From Polyangiaceae bacterium (GTDB taxonomy: Bacteria; Myxococcota_A; Polyangia; Polyangiales; Polyangiaceae), in contig JBGANF010000055.1 of assembly GCA_044222475.1 (NCBI GenBank), forward strand, positions 1-45,583: DNA of 45,583 nt. Reading direction: 5' to 3'. The notes beneath the pieces are model-generated. The model saw only the letters and a list, made by a program, of their open reading frames with translations, was not told the DNA's origin and did no database searches. Below are positions 44,100 to 45,583 of this stretch, in pieces. Position numbers and translations under genes: made by a program. Within the stretch, counting starts at the first letter, position 1. The number at the start of each line of letters is the position of its first letter.

Positions 44100-44664
44100 G
44101 TGAAGACCCCATCCTTTGGTGTCCGGCTCCGGCTGGCTCTCTCGATCCTCGGAGACCCGGCGCTCGCGCAGCGCGTCCTCGATCTGCGCGACGCGAAGCC
44201 GCCCCCTGCCGCGCTCCCTCCGAAGCCAAGTCCCGAGCCACCGAAGGCGAAGGGCCCCTCGTACGAGGACGGCGCGCTCGTCGTCTTGTCGATCCTCCAA
44301 CGCGAGGGGCGGTTCCTCGATTTCGTGAGCGACGACGTCGCGAGCGCGTCCGACGGCGACGTCGCCGCCGCCGCGCGCGTCGTCCACGAGGGGTGCCGCG
44401 CGGCCCTGAAGCGCCACGTCGACGTCGTCCCACTTCGGGACGACGCCGAAGGCGCCGTCGTGACGGTCGACGCCGGCTACGACGCCAACGCGACGAAGCT
44501 CACCGGCAACGTCAGCGCAGCGGGCCCCACCGGCAACGTCGGCACGAAGTCGCCCAGGCACCGTCCGCCACCGCGGGTGGCGCGCGAAGAGCTTCACCCT
44601 GCCCCAACCAGCGACCGGACACGACGCGACCGCGCTCGCTCCGTCGGAGGTCGAAGTCGACTGA
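44100..44664 (+). pseudogene. DUF2760-family protein with a frameshift near 44530-44557
   Basis: LSILQREGRFLDF, AARVVHEGC and LTGNV in frame 0; the expected tail GTVRHRGW...APSEVEVD* is in the +1 frame, ending at 44664. Confidence 0.75.
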
Positions 44665-44671
44665 CCAGCCG

Positions 44672-45583
44672 CTACTTCTTCGGCGGCTGGGGTATCACTC
44701 CGACGTTCTGTCCCGGGTAGTTCTTGTCGATGAGCGCGCGGCAGGCCGCGTCGTGCGTGGCCGCGCAGATCGTGGCGAGGAGCGCGACCTCCTGCGTGTT
44801 CGCCTTCTTCGATTGCACGCGCGGGTAGAGCAGCTCCTTGGCCCGCGGGGGGTCGTCGTAGGAGTACTTCATCGCCTCGCGGAAGACGCTCTCGTTCGGG
44901 TCCCTCGCGTTCGGATCGACCACCGTACGCACGCGCTTCGGCGACTGGTCGAGCGAGGGGTAGAGCTTCGCGATCTCTTTCCGGCACGACGCGTCCTTCT
45001 GGATCTCGCAGAGGTCGTAGAGGAGCTGTGCCTGGTGCGTCGTCGCCGACTTGGCAAAGACGGTCTCCTCGAGGGCGGAGCGCGCGCACGCCATGTCGTC
45101 CTTGGCGAAGCACGCGTCGACCTTGGCGAGCACCGGGTCGCCGGCGTCGACCACCGGAGCGCTCGCAGTGGGCTCGGCCGTCACGGTGGGCGGCGGTGGT
45201 GGCACGCTGGCCGGCGTTGCCACCGTGGAAGCGGCCTGCTCCGGATCCGCCAGCGCGCGGCTGATCATCGTCCCTGCGATGGCGAGGAGCACCGCCGCGA
45301 CGCCGATCCCGGCGACGCTGACTCTACGACATCGCGTCGACTTCGGCGCGGCGCTGCGGAAGCTCGTCGATGCGGACGAGAAGCTCGACGACGCGGAGAG
45401 CGGAAACCCGCCGGTACCGGGCGGGAAGTTCCCCGAGCCCGGGGGGAAGCTGTAGCTCTGCGACGCGGAGGGGTAGCTCCCGGACATTCCCGAGGACGCG
45501 CTGGGCAGGCTCTCCGGCGGGATGGGGATCGTGCCTTCGGGCAGCGGCAGCGCGAGCATGGCGAGCAGCGACGACGTGGCCTC
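44672..45583 (-). CDS. 3' part of a membrane protein (Ser/Pro-rich linker, TM, Cys-containing helical repeats), 5' end outside the window
   Basis: The frame is open to the window edge. The architecture resembles the C-terminal half of the kinases here, but no kinase motif is visible. Confidence 0.65.
   Translation of the reverse strand, partial: EATSSLLAMLALPLPEGTIPIPPESLPSASSGMSGSYPSASQSYSFPPGSGNFPPGTGGFPLSASSSFSSASTSFRSAAPKSTRCRRVSVAGIGVAAVLLAIAGTMISRALADPEQAASTVATPASVPPPPPTVTAEPTASAPVVDAGDPVLAKVDACFAKDDMACARSALEETVFAKSATTHQAQLLYDLCEIQKDASCRKEIAKLYPSLDQSPKRVRTVVDPNARDPNESVFREAMKYSYDDPPRAKELLYPRVQSKKANTQEVALLATICAATHDAACRALIDKNYPGQNVGVIPQPPKK

Overview
High-GC, gene-dense bacterial chromosomal segment. 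The multiple Hanks-type Ser/Thr kinases, Cys-rich lipoproteins, REC-DUF4388 protein and Myxococcus-type LexA box point to Myxococcota, probably Polyangia; this is inferred from gene style. About 37 genes are supported. Recognisable ones are a PA0069-family radical SAM protein, an M1 aminopeptidase, a run of lipoprotein hydrolases, glgA, an RluA-family pseudouridine synthase, an MDR oxidoreductase/LysR pair, purH, a Dpp/Opp-type ABC module without ATPase, three complete Ser/Thr kinases, an SPFH protein, a pteridine-reductase-like SDR, a YghO/bacterial ceramide synthase-like GNAT and a type III glutamine synthetase. No rRNA, tRNA, cas, phage or intact transposase genes were seen. The features most worth follow-up are: (i) a chromosomal ParA with two N-terminal Cys4 TRASH/FCS-like fingers followed by a small RHH-like gene; (ii) a stand-alone sigma-70 region-4 protein with a Cys/His cluster, downstream of a MerR-like gene; (iii) multi-hairpin palindromic segments, some bounded by CTAG, found both between genes and in frame inside genes; (iv) a three-copy 29-32 bp repeat beside a LexA-box-containing promoter; (v) an internally deleted IS5-family element with about 90 bp inverted arms; and (vi) two genes frameshifted at local duplications (LysR, DUF2760), which may be assembly artefacts. 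All family assignments come from motif recognition by eye, not database searches.
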